A DNA stretch of 63,990 nucleotides, filler included, from an uncultured Methanosarcinales archaeon (GTDB lineage Archaea; Nanobdellota; Nanobdellia; Woesearchaeales; UBA12501), in assembly GCA_964397315.1 (NCBI GenBank). It is 8 parts of 8 records of this genome, joined end to end, with 100 filler letters (N's around TTAATTAATTAA, not from the genome) between each part and the next. Parts side by side here need not be neighbours in the genome. Positions count along the whole stretch, not along the records: positions 10,208 to 20,131 come from CAYNHV010000039.1; positions 20,232 to 28,761 come from CAYNHV010000040.1; 6 more parts are not named here. One strand, written 5' to 3'. Both the position numbers and the translations under genes were made by a program. The notes beneath the pieces are model-generated. The model ran no database searches. It saw only the letters and a list, made by a program, of their open reading frames with translations, and was not told the DNA's origin. Shown piece after piece: positions 19,283-28,861 of the stretch (its first letter is position 1; every line of letters begins with the position of its first letter).

Positions 19283-20055
19283 CCTGTTTATGAGTTCTAA
19301 AAATGATGCTTATTGTAAGAATGGAGTCCCTCCTGATGTTGCCATCAGACAATATGAGCACTACAAAATTGAGCCTCCTCTAGATATTGTGATTAATCCA
19401 GACTTAACCACCAGAACGGCATTGCTCAGTTCACGCGCAGGCGGGATTAAGCGCAGCGAAATTCCACTAAATTGAGCATCTTCTAAGTGTTTTGATTAAT
19501 CCAGAGTTCTCCACCGCCCTTATCACAGTTACAGATGGACAAATCCCGCCCTCCATCCCCCTCACACATGCTAATCGCACCAACTCCACAGAGCGCTTCA
19601 AGCAAATTAAGGGGCGGGCTTATTGGCTAAAGAAGAGGGGGTTGTGCTGTTGCAGAAGGTGTGAACCTGCTAAATAGTTGTGCAGTAAGGGTGGGAAGTA
19701 CTATGATTAAAAGCTCCTCTAAGTGTTTTGGTTAATCCATACCTGACCTCCGGAACGGCATTACTCTGTTCAAGTGTAGGAAATTGAGCCTCCTCTAAAT
19801 ATGGTGGTTAATCCAGAGTTCTCCACCACCCCAGTCGCACTTACATCTGGATAAGTCCCGCCCTCCATCCCCCTCACACATGCTAATCGCACCAACCCAA
19901 CCAAAGAGCAGTTGAGCATATGATTGGGTGGGCTTATTGGAGGCAGAAGCGAAGAGTTGTTCTGTTGCAGAAGCAGTAAGCCTGCTGTCTGGTTCTGGAG
20001 TAAGGGAGGGAAGTACCTGGAAGGGCCAGCACAAACCTATTATCCCCCCTGGAAG
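19283..20055 (+). repeat. Mosaic repeat family A, two tandem ~310-bp units plus sub-repeats
   Basis: TCCCGCCCTCCATCCCCCTCACACATGCTAATCGCACCAAC at about 19544 and 19856; GGGCTTATTGG and GTAAGGG.GGGAAGTAC repeated. Confidence 0.9.
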
Positions 20056-20079
20056 CACCATGATCCCAGCGCATTGTCT

Positions 20080-20131
20080 CAGTATCTCCGAAAGCAAATG
20101 ATTTCTAAAAAGTAGTTTCAAAAACCGAAAA
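20080..20131 (+). mobile_element. IS terminus A (TIR CAGTATCTCCGAA) at contig end
   Basis: CAGTATCTCCGAAAGCAAATGAT shared with the copy starting at 63916. Confidence 0.7.
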
Positions 20132-20231
20132 NNNNNNNNNNNNNNNNNNNNNNNNNNNNNNNNNNNNNNNNNNNNTTAATTAATTAANNNNNNNNNNNNN
20201 NNNNNNNNNNNNNNNNNNNNNNNNNNNNNNN

Positions 20232-20285
20232 TGATTTAGAATTAGTTGGTGCTATCTCATTTAGAAAATCCCTTCGGAGATACTG
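20232..20285 (+). mobile_element. IS terminus B at contig start
   Basis: 54 bp ending TTCGGAGATACTG; exact reverse complement of 36862-36915. Confidence 0.75.
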
Positions 20286-20343
20286 TATCTACCGCAAATC
20301 TTATAAATAAGCTTTGAAGTTTATTCTGGAGAGGGGTTTGACA

Positions 20344-21489
20344 ATGGAAACAGAGGCAGACAAAAGGCTGGACAAGGTGGTTTCAAACTACAGCATTGAG
20401 GTTAACAACCTTGAGCAGGAGAACCAGGTTCTCAAGGAGACCGTAAGCCATCTCAAGGAGGAGATTAACAAGCTCCAGAAACCGCCCCTTCTGGTGGCAG
20501 AGGTCAGGAATGTTGAAGGGGAGAACGCGGTTCTCAGGCTTCCCAACGGAAACGAGTTCTTTGTTGACCTCCTATCTGAATGCAGGGATGTAAAGCCCGG
20601 CGATTCGGTGCTGCTTGAGCAGAAGAACCTGACTGTGGTGAGGAAGATAGACACAAGAAAGAAGTTCAATGTTGAGCAGTTTGTAATAGTGGAAAAGCCG
20701 GACGTAAGCTGGTCATCCATAGGCGGGCTTGATGAGCAGGAGAAGGAGGTCAAGGAGGTTATAGAGCTTCCCATGAAAAAACCGGACCTCTTCAGGAAAG
20801 TGGGCATACAACCGCCAAAAGGAGTGCTTTTGCACGGTCCGCCCGGAACTGGAAAGACCCTGCTTGCAAAAGCAGTCGCGTCATCAACAAACTCAACATT
20901 CATAGAGATAGTGGGCTCAGAGCTTGTCCAGAAGTTCATTGGAGAGGGGGCGAAGCTGGTGAAAGAGGTTTTCCAGCTTGCCAGGGAAAAGGCCCCTGCG
21001 ATAATATTCATTGACGAGCTGGATGCCATAGCATCCACCAGGATTGAGATAGGAACTTCAGGGGAGAGGGAAGTGCAGAGAACGTTCATGCAGCTTCTTG
21101 CCGAGATTGACGGCTTCAAGCACCTGGGAAACGTGAAAGTTATAGGATGCACCAACAGGAGGGACATACTGGATCCTGCAATAACAAGGCCTGGCAGGCT
21201 TGACAGGATGATACACGCGCCCCTCCCTGATAAGGAAGGCATATCCCAGATATTCAAGATACACACAAGAGAGATGACGCTTGACAGGAGCATTAACCTC
21301 CAGAAGATATACAAGGCCCTGGAAGGCCTCTCAGGGGCAGAGATAAAGGCGGTTGTCACAGAGGCGGGATACTTTGCAATAAGAAAGAACCGGACAAGGA
21401 TAGTTCAGAAGGACCTTGAAGGGGCAGTCAAGAAGGTGAAGGAAAGAGAAGGGGCAGAGGATGAAGAGTTCCTGAACATCTTCGGATAG
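20344..21489 (+). CDS. pan: Proteasome-activating nucleotidase
   Basis: Coiled coil and OB domain, GPPGTGKT, IIFIDELDAI, REVQRT, RPGRLDR. Confidence 0.96.
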   Translation: METEADKRLDKVVSNYSIEVNNLEQENQVLKETVSHLKEEINKLQKPPLLVAEVRNVEGENAVLRLPNGNEFFVDLLSECRDVKPGDSVLLEQKNLTVVRKIDTRKKFNVEQFVIVEKPDVSWSSIGGLDEQEKEVKEVIELPMKKPDLFRKVGIQPPKGVLLHGPPGTGKTLLAKAVASSTNSTFIEIVGSELVQKFIGEGAKLVKEVFQLAREKAPAIIFIDELDAIASTRIEIGTSGEREVQRTFMQLLAEIDGFKHLGNVKVIGCTNRRDILDPAITRPGRLDRMIHAPLPDKEGISQIFKIHTREMTLDRSINLQKIYKALEGLSGAEIKAVVTEAGYFAIRKNRTRIVQKDLEGAVKKVKEREGAEDEEFLNIFG

Positions 21490-21502
21490 GCTTCTTTAAT
21501 TT

Positions 21503-22087
21503 TTACAGAACCTTATGATCAATTCCAGTATCAATTATATTCTTTTCGCCGAATACTGAGAAGTGCCTTCCTTTTGACACATGGAATGCTGCCCTGCTTG
21601 ATGTTCTTGTCTGGTTCTCATTCTCTTTTAGCAGGTTTTCATCAAAATGCGCGTCTATTATCTTTACCATGACAGCAACCGAGTTCTCAAAATCCATTGT
21701 GTCATGCAGAACACACTCATAGTTGACAAAAGCCTCTTTTACCAGAGGCGCATTTACTCTTTTAGCCTTCTCAGGCGTCAGACCTGATTTCTCAAACTCA
21801 GAGACTCCATAAGGATAGGGCTTGCCTGACATTGAGATATTCTCTGCATATTCTATCGGAAGAACCGCGATTACGCATCCCCCCACGTCTTTTATGTTCT
21901 TAAGGGTGTCCCTGTCCTTGTCCATTCCTGTTATCATGTAATTGCCGTAGAGCTTTGCAAACTCGCAGTATGGAGCCACATTATAAGAGCCATCTTTTCC
22001 TGCTGTTGATATCATCACATTAAGCCTTGGAGGCAGCAACAAGAATGCCTTCTCTAGTTTTTCCTGTGTTTCCTTATCTTCTGCCAT
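21503..22087 (-). CDS. Flavin reductase-like (FMN split-barrel) protein
   Basis: NVAPY, DTLKNI, SEFEKSGLTP, APLVKEA..YEC. Confidence 0.8.
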   Translation of the reverse strand: MAEDKETQEKLEKAFLLLPPRLNVMISTAGKDGSYNVAPYCEFAKLYGNYMITGMDKDRDTLKNIKDVGGCVIAVLPIEYAENISMSGKPYPYGVSEFEKSGLTPEKAKRVNAPLVKEAFVNYECVLHDTMDFENSVAVMVKIIDAHFDENLLKENENQTRTSSRAAFHVSKGRHFSVFGEKNIIDTGIDHKVL

Positions 22088-22252
22088 ATTCCACACTTAA
22101 GGATTTGCACACAGCTCAGCAGTTACATCCGTATGCCATTAAGGCACTGGTGTTCACTTAATCATCGCTGTGTTGTGCTCCTCTATGATGGATTTAACAG
22201 CCCGCCTTTATAAGTTTTTCTGTGCCTTCAGACCTTCAGAAGCTGATGCCTG

Positions 22253-23077
22253 CTAATCTGCCTTGAAGTCAACCACTATCCTGTACCTTCTGGGAGAGTA
22301 CTGTCCGCACTTCCTCCACCCTATGATGTTGCATTTCCTGCCAGCTTGTGCGCACGCCCCTTTTATCTTCTCAAACGCCCTGTCAGGGATGTCCTTGCTG
22401 TCCTCAAAATCGTAGAAGTGTATCACAGCCCCTTTTTTTGCAGCTCCAAGGGCTGTATTAAGAAACCCTTCAGCACCTCTTGGAAGAGGCATGATTATCC
22501 TGTCAAACTTTTTTTTAAGCCCGGGCACAACTTTCCTGACATCACCATTAAGAAGCCTTGCGTTTGTTATCTTGTTGATTCTGAGGTTTTCAAGCCCGTA
22601 CTCATGTCCTGCAGGGTTTATTTCAACGCCATAAACCTCTTTTGCGCCGCTGTTCCTGGCTATGACGCACACATAAGGCGCACAGCCGGAGAACATTACA
22701 AGAACAGATTCTCCTTCTTTAACAAGCTCTGAAATCCTTTTTCTCTCTGTGCTTAGCCTGGGGGAGAAATAGACCTTCTCCACGTCAAGCCTGAGCCTTA
22801 CATTGTTCTCCTTCACTTCAGTCTCTTTTGTTCTCTTCCCTGCAACATGCTTGAGCTTTTGTGTCCTGAACTCTCCCTCATGCATGCCCGCCTTTTTTAG
22901 CACTGTCTTTACGTTCTTCTGTATGCTCATGAGGCTTTCCGCAATAACCCTCCCCTTGTTCTTGAGCTCTTCAGGGATTTCCATTATTGCTATTGAGCCT
23001 ATTATGTCATACGAGGATTTCAGGAATGCCATCTCCTGCTCTGACAGCCTGCTCTTAAGTAGCTCCCGCAGCCTCAT
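22253..23077 (-). CDS. trm5: tRNA (guanine37-N1) methyltransferase Trm5
   Basis: YDIIGSIAI, VYFSPRLSTER, MFSGCAPY, EINP, FDRIIMPLP. Confidence 0.9.
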   Translation of the reverse strand: MRLRELLKSRLSEQEMAFLKSSYDIIGSIAIMEIPEELKNKGRVIAESLMSIQKNVKTVLKKAGMHEGEFRTQKLKHVAGKRTKETEVKENNVRLRLDVEKVYFSPRLSTERKRISELVKEGESVLVMFSGCAPYVCVIARNSGAKEVYGVEINPAGHEYGLENLRINKITNARLLNGDVRKVVPGLKKKFDRIIMPLPRGAEGFLNTALGAAKKGAVIHFYDFEDSKDIPDRAFEKIKGACAQAGRKCNIIGWRKCGQYSPRRYRIVVDFKAD

Positions 23078-23943
23078 AGTATCACCAGTGTTGCGCCAGC
23101 AAGTGTTATGATGCACGCTGAGATCTTCAGCTTAAGTCCTTTCTCGTGGAACAGCTCTCCTCCTATGAATGCAGAGACAAGGGTGCTTATCCTCCTTATG
23201 GGCACCAGCAGCACTATAAGGGCTCCGGGTATTGCAACTGCCTTGAGGAATAGAAGGTCGCTTACCACCATCATCAGGCAGGCGATTATTATGACCAGCC
23301 AGTCTTTTCTCAGGGCGAGCTTCACGTCTCCCAGTCCTCTTTTTTTCATCAGCTCCACACCTATGAATATGGCAGCCACAAACATAATCTGCAGGAAATA
23401 GTAGGTGTAAACCTCTATTGTCCTCAGGGCTATCTTATCCATTACAGCGCACACGCTTATGAAGACAAGATAGGTAAGAAGCAGGCTCACTTTCCTTCCC
23501 TTCAGCAGTTTTAGAGGCTGCTTGAGGTGGATTATCTTGTGGTCTGCTTCAAGCACGTAGGCCCCGAGTATGAGCAGGAGTATGCCTGAGATGTTGATTA
23601 TTGTCGGTGTCTCCTTGAGTATTATAAAGCCGAGGATGAGGAGAAGCGCGGGGCTGAGGTTCTTCAGCGGCTCCACCTCAGAAAGGTCATAATGCCTGAT
23701 AAGCCGCATGAATGTGAAGGCTGCTACAGACACAAAAACCGATTTCACCACCACAAACGCCCATTCAGAAAGTGTCAGGTAGAAGTCAATGCCTGGGAGA
23801 AGAGCGAGCAGCATCACAAAAATCACTATATAATATGTGGACACGAACTGAAGCGTGCGCTCCCTTGAGAGGGCCTTCTTCTTTATTACATCAGACACTC
23901 CGAGTATTAATGCCGAGACAAGCGCGAGCAGGTACCATTCCAT
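23074..23943 (-). CDS. EamA/DMT family transporter
   Basis: About 10 TM helices in two EamA repeats. Confidence 0.85.
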   Translation of the reverse strand: MEWYLLALVSALILGVSDVIKKKALSRERTLQFVSTYYIVIFVMLLALLPGIDFYLTLSEWAFVVVKSVFVSVAAFTFMRLIRHYDLSEVEPLKNLSPALLLILGFIILKETPTIINISGILLLILGAYVLEADHKIIHLKQPLKLLKGRKVSLLLTYLVFISVCAVMDKIALRTIEVYTYYFLQIMFVAAIFIGVELMKKRGLGDVKLALRKDWLVIIIACLMMVVSDLLFLKAVAIPGALIVLLVPIRRISTLVSAFIGGELFHEKGLKLKISACIITLAGATLVIL

Positions 23944-24005
23944 GTCTCAGCCGGAAAGCTTATGTTATTTAAATGTTTTTGGTGATTTGACAGGCATCTG
24001 AGGTG

Positions 24006-25043
24006 TTATGCCATGAAGTCTCCCAAGCCTTTCTGGCCCTGCTTTTTCTTCTCTGTATCAATCTTTTTCAGGGTGTCCTCAATTCGTTTCTCTGAGAAAT
24101 CGTGCTCGTCAACAAGAAGCATTTTCAGCCCCTCCCTGTCCGGCTGCCCCCATTCCAGGGTGTAGTTGTTTGTTACAGGCATGTTTTTTATTGTGTCAAA
24201 CACCGCTTTCCATTCAAAATCAAAGGAGCTGCTCCATCCTGCTTCTGAGAACAGCGCTTCAAAATCATGTCCCTTGTCAAGAACAAGCTTGAGGGCCTTT
24301 TTAGGACCTATCCCCCTGATGCCTCCATAATTGTAGTCTGTTCCCACCAGCATTGAGAGGGCTATCATCTGGTCTTGGGTGACTCCAAGAGAGGTGAGGT
24401 TTTCATTGAGGTCTATAATCTCAGGCCTTGCAGGGGCGTGAGAGAGCTTTCCAGGAAGCTTTCTTCTCTCTGTGACAGTGAGGTTCCTGACCAGCCTTGG
24501 AACGCCAAAAACCAGGCAGTCAAAGTCCTGGCTTATTTCTGCATAAGCATCCCCATTGCACACAATTCTTGCTGCCTGGGCCTCCCCTTCTGAAGGCGCC
24601 TGTATGACCGGAAGCCCCATCGCCTTAACAAGCTTTTTTGCCTCGCCCACCATTTCACTGCTAAGGGTGCTTGTCCTTGCAGCGTATTTTTTCATCAGCT
24701 CAAGATCTTTCCTTTGTTTCGCTATCTCGTATTCCCTTCTTGCTTCCTCTTTAAGCTCTGCCCGCCTTTCCCTCTCCCTGCTTTTCAGATCAGGAGCCTT
24801 TCCGTCAAACACAAAAGCTAGCCGCAGCCCCTGCTGCATGAGGTTTGCTGTCCTGTTGAATAGGCCGTTGAGGTGGGAGGTCACCCTGCCTTTGGAGTCC
24901 ATCAGCGCAGAGCCGTCAGCTGTTCTTATTGTAGTGAGAAACTGGTAAAGCACGTTGTAAGAGTCCACCACAAGAACCCTCCCTTTAAGGTCAGGTATGC
25001 GGATTTCCTTTTTTACCAGGATCTCTTTCAGCTTTGTTCCCAT
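24006..25043 (-). CDS. fen: Flap endonuclease 1
   Basis: YQFLTTIR, APSEGEAQAA, SQDFD, GTDYN, GIGPKKA, C-terminal PIP box QKGLGDF. Confidence 0.97.
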   Translation of the reverse strand: MGTKLKEILVKKEIRIPDLKGRVLVVDSYNVLYQFLTTIRTADGSALMDSKGRVTSHLNGLFNRTANLMQQGLRLAFVFDGKAPDLKSRERERRAELKEEARREYEIAKQRKDLELMKKYAARTSTLSSEMVGEAKKLVKAMGLPVIQAPSEGEAQAARIVCNGDAYAEISQDFDCLVFGVPRLVRNLTVTERRKLPGKLSHAPARPEIIDLNENLTSLGVTQDQMIALSMLVGTDYNYGGIRGIGPKKALKLVLDKGHDFEALFSEAGWSSSFDFEWKAVFDTIKNMPVTNNYTLEWGQPDREGLKMLLVDEHDFSEKRIEDTLKKIDTEKKKQGQKGLGDFMA

Positions 25044-25092
25044 TTTAGGCCGGAAAATTGAAAGAAAAAGAAAACAATAATCATTCCAATAA

Positions 25093-25710
25093 TTATTCTT
25101 TTACTTTGATTGTCAGGTCCTCCTCTGAGTAGTCATCCCAGAATCTTGGTGAGGATTCATAGTCCACGTCAATTGTAAAAACGTAGCTTCCCGGAATTGT
25201 TTCCTCGCCAGGGCCAATCTGGGGCGTGACTTCCATTGTGACAGGAATTACTGTCTCTGAATTCCCTTCCATTTCTACATTGCTGAACCTGTTTCTTCCC
25301 GCCCATGAGAGCATTGTATCCTTGTCTGCTTCGCTTATGGGCGTGGCCAGGCCGCCTGTTGTCTTTGCTTCCTTGAAATAGATGTCTATTTTGAAATTCT
25401 TTTCCTTTGGCATGACATTCTTTATTCCCAGGCCAAAGACATAAACATCCCCCTCTTCCATGATCCTGTAGTTTGTTGACAGCTTTGTTTTCTTTCCCTG
25501 CTCGAACTCCAGCGCCTTGTTTCTCTCTTCCTGGCTTAGCTCGTAAGACTGGGAGGGTGGCTGATCCTGGGCTCCAGAGCTTGCGGAAGCCCCTTCTCCC
25601 CCGTCCTGGCTGCTGTCTTGGGAGGGAGTTACTGCTGTGTCCTGCCCGCTGCTACAACCAACTATCACTGTAAGAACAAGTATGAATGCATAAAGGTATA
25701 TGTGTTTCAT
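25093..25710 (-). CDS. Putative lipoprotein
   Basis: Signal peptide with IVGC lipobox, S/Q-rich linker, Ig-like domain. Confidence 0.65.
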   Translation of the reverse strand: MKHIYLYAFILVLTVIVGCSSGQDTAVTPSQDSSQDGGEGASASSGAQDQPPSQSYELSQEERNKALEFEQGKKTKLSTNYRIMEEGDVYVFGLGIKNVMPKEKNFKIDIYFKEAKTTGGLATPISEADKDTMLSWAGRNRFSNVEMEGNSETVIPVTMEVTPQIGPGEETIPGSYVFTIDVDYESSPRFWDDYSEEDLTIKVKE

Positions 25711-25771
25711 TATTTCACCCCCTGAGGCGCAATCCCCGGTTTAGTTTAAATATTTTGCGGTCTGTTTGGCC

Positions 25772-26776
25772 TCAGATATTCTTCACAGACATATTGGTGA
25801 ATTCTGACTCAAGGACGTCTTTTGCCTTTTTCGTGAGCTCTCCTGTGATGAGGAAGAGGACAGGCATTTTCCTTTTCTGCCCTTCATAAAATACAGAGCT
25901 CAGGTCTCCGTCATTGAACTTCTTCTTGTTCCTTGCCTTGCAGAAATAATTCAGGGCGCCTACTGTGCTGGGTATTTCTATGGTGAATTCAATGTCGGAT
26001 TCCTTCCGGTTTATCTTAAAATCCTTTATTTTTATGTTATTGTCATCAAAGTATCTCTTGATTTTCCTGAAAAACTTGTCTTTCGGAAGCTCCTCTGTTT
26101 CCTCACCCCCCTCCTCTTTTTTGTCTTCTGAAAGCTTTGACTGTGTTTCCCCCCTGCCTTCCTTTTTCTCTCTGCTTTCTTTCTGCCCGCTCTCCCCTGC
26201 ATCTTTTTTTTCCGCGGGTTTCTCAGGAGATTCCTGCCCTGATTCTCCCTTGGCCTCGTTGTCAGTTTTCCCGCTGTGCCTTTTTTCAGCTTCCTGGAAA
26301 TTGCTTTTTATATCCTCTTTCACCTCTTTCTTTGGAAGCATTGTTTTTATTATCTCTGCTGCCTCGTCATTGGATATGAGATACCATTTCCAGAACAGGA
26401 TTGTCTCGCCGTTTACCTTCACGTTGAGGGGCTTTGCAAAGTCTTTTATCTGCCTGAGGGAGACTCTTCTTAACGGCTCCATTGAGCTGTCCTTGAGAAC
26501 TTTCTTCTGCTTCAGCAGCTCATACGTTTCCCTGTCCTTTGAGTTAAGATGATTGGAAAACTGCTGCAGCTTATCCTCCTGGCCAGGGGCATAATAAAGG
26601 GGGGAATTTCCCACTCTTATGTTGGATATCTTCAGATCTCCCTTGTCAACAAGTTCTGAGAGTATTGCAGAGCCGAGCATAACATCCACTTCAAGATTCT
26701 TGTTCACCTCGGAGGGGATTACCGGGCCTTTTAGCCGTATTATGCTGAGAGCCTTTGCTAACCTATCCTCTTTCAT
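25772..26776 (-). CDS. Conserved DPANN hypothetical protein (N-terminal wHTH-like)
   Basis: GPVIP, SAILSELV, GNSPLYY, IKDFAKP, LFWKWY; intact ORF. Confidence 0.7.
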   Translation of the reverse strand: MKEDRLAKALSIIRLKGPVIPSEVNKNLEVDVMLGSAILSELVDKGDLKISNIRVGNSPLYYAPGQEDKLQQFSNHLNSKDRETYELLKQKKVLKDSSMEPLRRVSLRQIKDFAKPLNVKVNGETILFWKWYLISNDEAAEIIKTMLPKKEVKEDIKSNFQEAEKRHSGKTDNEAKGESGQESPEKPAEKKDAGESGQKESREKKEGRGETQSKLSEDKKEEGGEETEELPKDKFFRKIKRYFDDNNIKIKDFKINRKESDIEFTIEIPSTVGALNYFCKARNKKKFNDGDLSSVFYEGQKRKMPVLFLITGELTKKAKDVLESEFTNMSVKNI

Positions 26777-26856
26777 AAGAAAAACCCAAAGCAGAGTGAT
26801 TTAAAAATATTGTTGTGATAGAATGGGGTTGTGCTCTTTAATGGTTGTGGCTGTTT

Positions 26857-27477
26857 TTAAGGCCTGGTCCATCTTATCTCATAATAGGTGACATCGTCCT
26901 CATCATCAACTATGCCTATCAGAAGCCTCTTTTTCGTTGAGTGCGCCACCCTGTTTTTTGCCGCGAACTCATACCAGGTGAGGGCCGAGCTCTCGTGCAC
27001 AGGATAAACTATCCATTTTGCATGATCCTCTCCGGGCTTTACTCCTCGGTCATAGACCCTGAAGTCAGCTCCGAACTTGAGGGCTGTCTTTATTATGTAT
27101 CCTCTGTTTCTTATGTCCCTGAACACGCAGTATCTTGTCCAGAAGTTGGGCTCAATCCTCTTGGCTTTCCTGATAAAGCCCTCCACTGTCATCTTCCTGT
27201 TGCTCTCGCTTCTGAGCTCAATCTTTCCCTTCTCAGCCAGGTATAGGGCTTCAATAAGGGAGAGCTGCAGCCTGCTGTCATCTTTTATCTTGCCGTATGC
27301 TCCCTGGTTGTAGAGCTCTCTGGCAGGGTCAGAGGACTCTGTAAGGACCCGTTCGTCCATCAGCTGGGCCTTTACCACTGCTTTCTTGTCTTTTTTAGCC
27401 TCTTCTCTGCCTTGCCTTGTCTGTTTCTCGCTTTCATCATTCCCTTCTTTTTTTGCTCTTGTCTTCTTCTTGGCCAT
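26857..27477 (-). CDS. endA: tRNA-splicing endonuclease, single catalytic unit
   Basis: LSLIEALYL, DIRNRGY, LKFGADFRVY (Tyr), EDHA (His), RVAHSTKK (Lys). Confidence 0.95.
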   Translation of the reverse strand: MAKKKTRAKKEGNDESEKQTRQGREEAKKDKKAVVKAQLMDERVLTESSDPARELYNQGAYGKIKDDSRLQLSLIEALYLAEKGKIELRSESNRKMTVEGFIRKAKRIEPNFWTRYCVFRDIRNRGYIIKTALKFGADFRVYDRGVKPGEDHAKWIVYPVHESSALTWYEFAAKNRVAHSTKKRLLIGIVDDEDDVTYYEIRWTRP

Positions 27478-27717
27478 ATTTGTGCTGTTTTTTAGGTTAT
27501 TTAAATAATTTTGCTGGAAGCAGCTGAGAAACAACCCCCCTTTAATATTTTGCTATATGGAAAATATTTTGGCCTATTTTGAGCTCATCCAACCAGGAAG
27601 GCGTTTGAGCATTTCCAGCCCCTGAAAAAGCTGAATAACAGCAGGCAGCAAGACCATCCCCTGGCACACCCATTTGGGCTGAAAACTTTTTATATTGGGG
27701 CGATTTCTTGGCCTTTG

Positions 27718-28620
27718 ATGCAAATCACATTTTTAGGGACCTCATGCATGGTTCCCACAAAGGAAAGGAACGTGAGCAGCGTGTTTCTAAGCTTCAAGAC
27801 AGAGGGCATACTGTTTGACTGCGGAGAAGGTACGCAGAGGCAGATGAACATTGCAGGGATAAAAAGGACAAGGGTGACAAAGATACTTGTGAGCCACTGG
27901 CACGGCGACCATGTGTCAGGCATAATAGGTCTGCTGCAGACCATGGGCAATGATGAGAATCCCCCCCGGGTTGAGATATTCGGCCCTAAGGGGACAATGG
28001 AGCACATGAAGAGCATAATGAACGCCTGTGTTTTTGAGTCCAGGGTTAACCTGAAAGTGCACGAGCTTGATCCTGAGGGTGTTGAGACCTGCTTTGAAGG
28101 GAGTGAGTTCCTGATTGAATGCGCCTACCTGAAGCACAACACCCCCTGCCTGGCATACTCCTTTGTTGAAAAAGACAGGAGAAGGGTTAAGATGAATTAC
28201 CTTAAGAGGAAGGGCGTCAGGGAAGGGCCCCACCTCAAGAAGCTGCAGGAAGGCAGGCCAATAACCTACAAGGGAGAGAAGATTGAAGTGGATGACGCCA
28301 CCGAACTGGTAAAGGGCAGGAAGGTGGCTTATGTCATGGACACCAGGCCCTGCAATAATGCAGTTGAAATCTCAAGGGATGCCGACATTTTGATCTGCGA
28401 GTGCGCTTACGCCCACGACCTTGAGGATAAGGCAAGAAAATACAAGCACCTGACAGCAAAAGAGGCAGCCATGATAGCTGGCAATGCAGGAGCAAAAAAA
28501 TTATGCCTCACCCACTTCTCTCAAAGGTACAAGGACACCCGCGCAATCTGTGATGATGCAAGCGAAACCTTCCCTGAAGTTGTATGCGCAAAGGATTTTA
28601 TGAAGATTAACCTTAAATAG
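27718..28620 (+). CDS. rnz: Ribonuclease Z
   Basis: FLGTS..PTKERN, DCGEGTQRQ, HWHGDH, GP exosite, THFSQRY. Confidence 0.95.
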   Translation: MQITFLGTSCMVPTKERNVSSVFLSFKTEGILFDCGEGTQRQMNIAGIKRTRVTKILVSHWHGDHVSGIIGLLQTMGNDENPPRVEIFGPKGTMEHMKSIMNACVFESRVNLKVHELDPEGVETCFEGSEFLIECAYLKHNTPCLAYSFVEKDRRRVKMNYLKRKGVREGPHLKKLQEGRPITYKGEKIEVDDATELVKGRKVAYVMDTRPCNNAVEISRDADILICECAYAHDLEDKARKYKHLTAKEAAMIAGNAGAKKLCLTHFSQRYKDTRAICDDASETFPEVVCAKDFMKINLK

Positions 28621-28707
28621 ATTAAAGGGAATGTGCCGCGCCTAGAATGCCGTGTAGATGCTGAAGTGCCAGTGGCTGTAATTCTAAACAAGTTGCAGAC
28701 AGAAAAT

Positions 28708-28761
28708 TTATTGAAAATGGCGCAAAGCCATTTTCCAGTGGGTTTAAAGAAAATCCCGACT
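28708..28761 (+). repeat. Palindromic element family B, left part
   Basis: 54 bp identical to 44716-44769; hairpin GAAAATGGC-GCAAA-GCCATTTTC. Confidence 0.85.
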
Positions 28762-28861
28762 NNNNNNNNNNNNNNNNNNNNNNNNNNNNNNNNNNNNNNN
28801 NNNNNTTAATTAATTAANNNNNNNNNNNNNNNNNNNNNNNNNNNNNNNNNNNNNNNNNNNN

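Noticed and set aside
19283..20055. Repeat family A as a CRISPR array
   Set aside because: No identical short repeats with unique regular spacers; units are ~300 bp and homologous throughout; no cas genes seen.
19248..20121. Short ORFs in repeat family A (also 31794-32127, 59304-59552, 59633-59881)
   Set aside because: Frames are not preserved between copies (indels and stops), so they are treated as non-coding.
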